Shown piece by piece: positions 63,766-64,000 of a stretch of 64,000 nt of DNA (positions within the stretch are counted from its first letter, which is position 1; each line of letters starts with the position of its first letter). Source of the DNA: a virus (Duplodnaviria > Caudoviricetes); the IMG/VR virus record IMGVR_UViG_3300033463_000061, positions 27,112 to 91,111 of that record. One strand, 5' to 3'. A program made the translations under genes and the position numbers. The notes under the pieces were generated by a model. The model did not search any database, had not been told where the DNA came from, and worked only from the letters and a program-made list of their open reading frames with translations.

Positions 63766-64000
63766 GACACATCTCCTTTCGCCTGGCGCTCGGAATACTC
63801 AACCACAGAGTGCATCAGGTTGTCGAACATCTGCGCACCGTGCGCCGACATCACCCCGTGCCGGAACGGGGTCACGTCCGTGCAGATGTCGCCGTCGCCG
63901 GAGACGTACTGCTTTCTAACCTCGCGCCTGATTGCGCACACGTAGTCAAGCCTGATGTTAGGCGCCGCTTTAGCCTCGGACGGGATGGACGCGTACCCGG
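63762..64000 (-). CDS. Hypothetical protein, C-terminal fragment
   Basis: Open frame from the right edge to TGA at 63762; ATGA overlap. Confidence 0.55.
   Translation of the reverse strand, partial: GYASIPSEAKAAPNIRLDYVCAIRREVRKQYVSGDGDICTDVTPFRHGVMSAHGAQMFDNLMHSVVEYSERQAKGDVS

Larger units (their letters stand above)
1..64000. mobile_element. Large tailed bacteriophage genome segment (probable jumbo myovirus)
   Basis: Terminase, baseplate J/wedge-like genes, phage-type PolA/primase/helicases/SbcCD, many small unknown ORFs with ATGA overlaps; no cellular housekeeping genes or integrase seen. Confidence 0.95.

Noticed and set aside
1-64000. Stop-codon reassignment (common in some gut jumbo phages)
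   Set aside because: TAA, TAG and TGA all end genes cleanly, and the core genes are uninterrupted in code 11
1-64000. CRISPR array, tRNA genes, DGR/retron reverse transcriptase, integrase or IS element
   Set aside because: No spaced direct repeats, cloverleaf with TTCRA loop, RT motifs or recombinase motifs seen by eye; a formal scan was not possible

Overview
A 64-kb, GC-rich fragment of a large, probably jumbo-size, tailed phage, most likely a myovirus. It uses the standard genetic code, and I saw no host housekeeping genes, integrase, tRNA or CRISPR array. (1) 1-21.8 kb: a dense minus-strand run of about 50 small, mostly unknown, often Cys-rich ORFs. It includes DUF4313-like, DUF3310-like, Lar-like, MmcB-like and membrane-anchored HNH genes, two paralogous ~400-aa 'DPILFG' proteins, and a family-A DNA polymerase fused to a degenerate UDG domain. 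(2) 21.9-33.4 kb: replication and recombination genes (primase, DnaB-like helicase, SF2 helicase, SbcCD/Rad50-Mre11, AAA_33 kinase, a receiver-domain protein). (3) 33.6-35.4 kb: terminase large subunit. (4) 36-45.4 kb: an unusual minus-strand cluster with a signal-peptide fibre-like protein, DUF192 behind a promoter-driven structured leader, two twin-arginine (Tat)-signal proteins, a holin-like protein and several proteins studded with a K-x-A motif. Two of these are multi-enzyme polyproteins (LysM-lysozyme/DUF3465/GNAT, and a double zincin) whose domain boundaries coincide with that motif. (5) 45.5-56.9 kb: a degenerate primase-helicase-like protein, a subtilisin, five tandem paralogous virion proteins and a fibre-like protein. 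(6) 56.9-64 kb: baseplate genes. The best candidates for an undescribed system are KxA-delimited capsid-cargo polyproteins and a possible Tat-routed lysis/envelope module; there are also two unclassified structured RNAs. All family assignments come from motif recognition by eye; no database searches were run.
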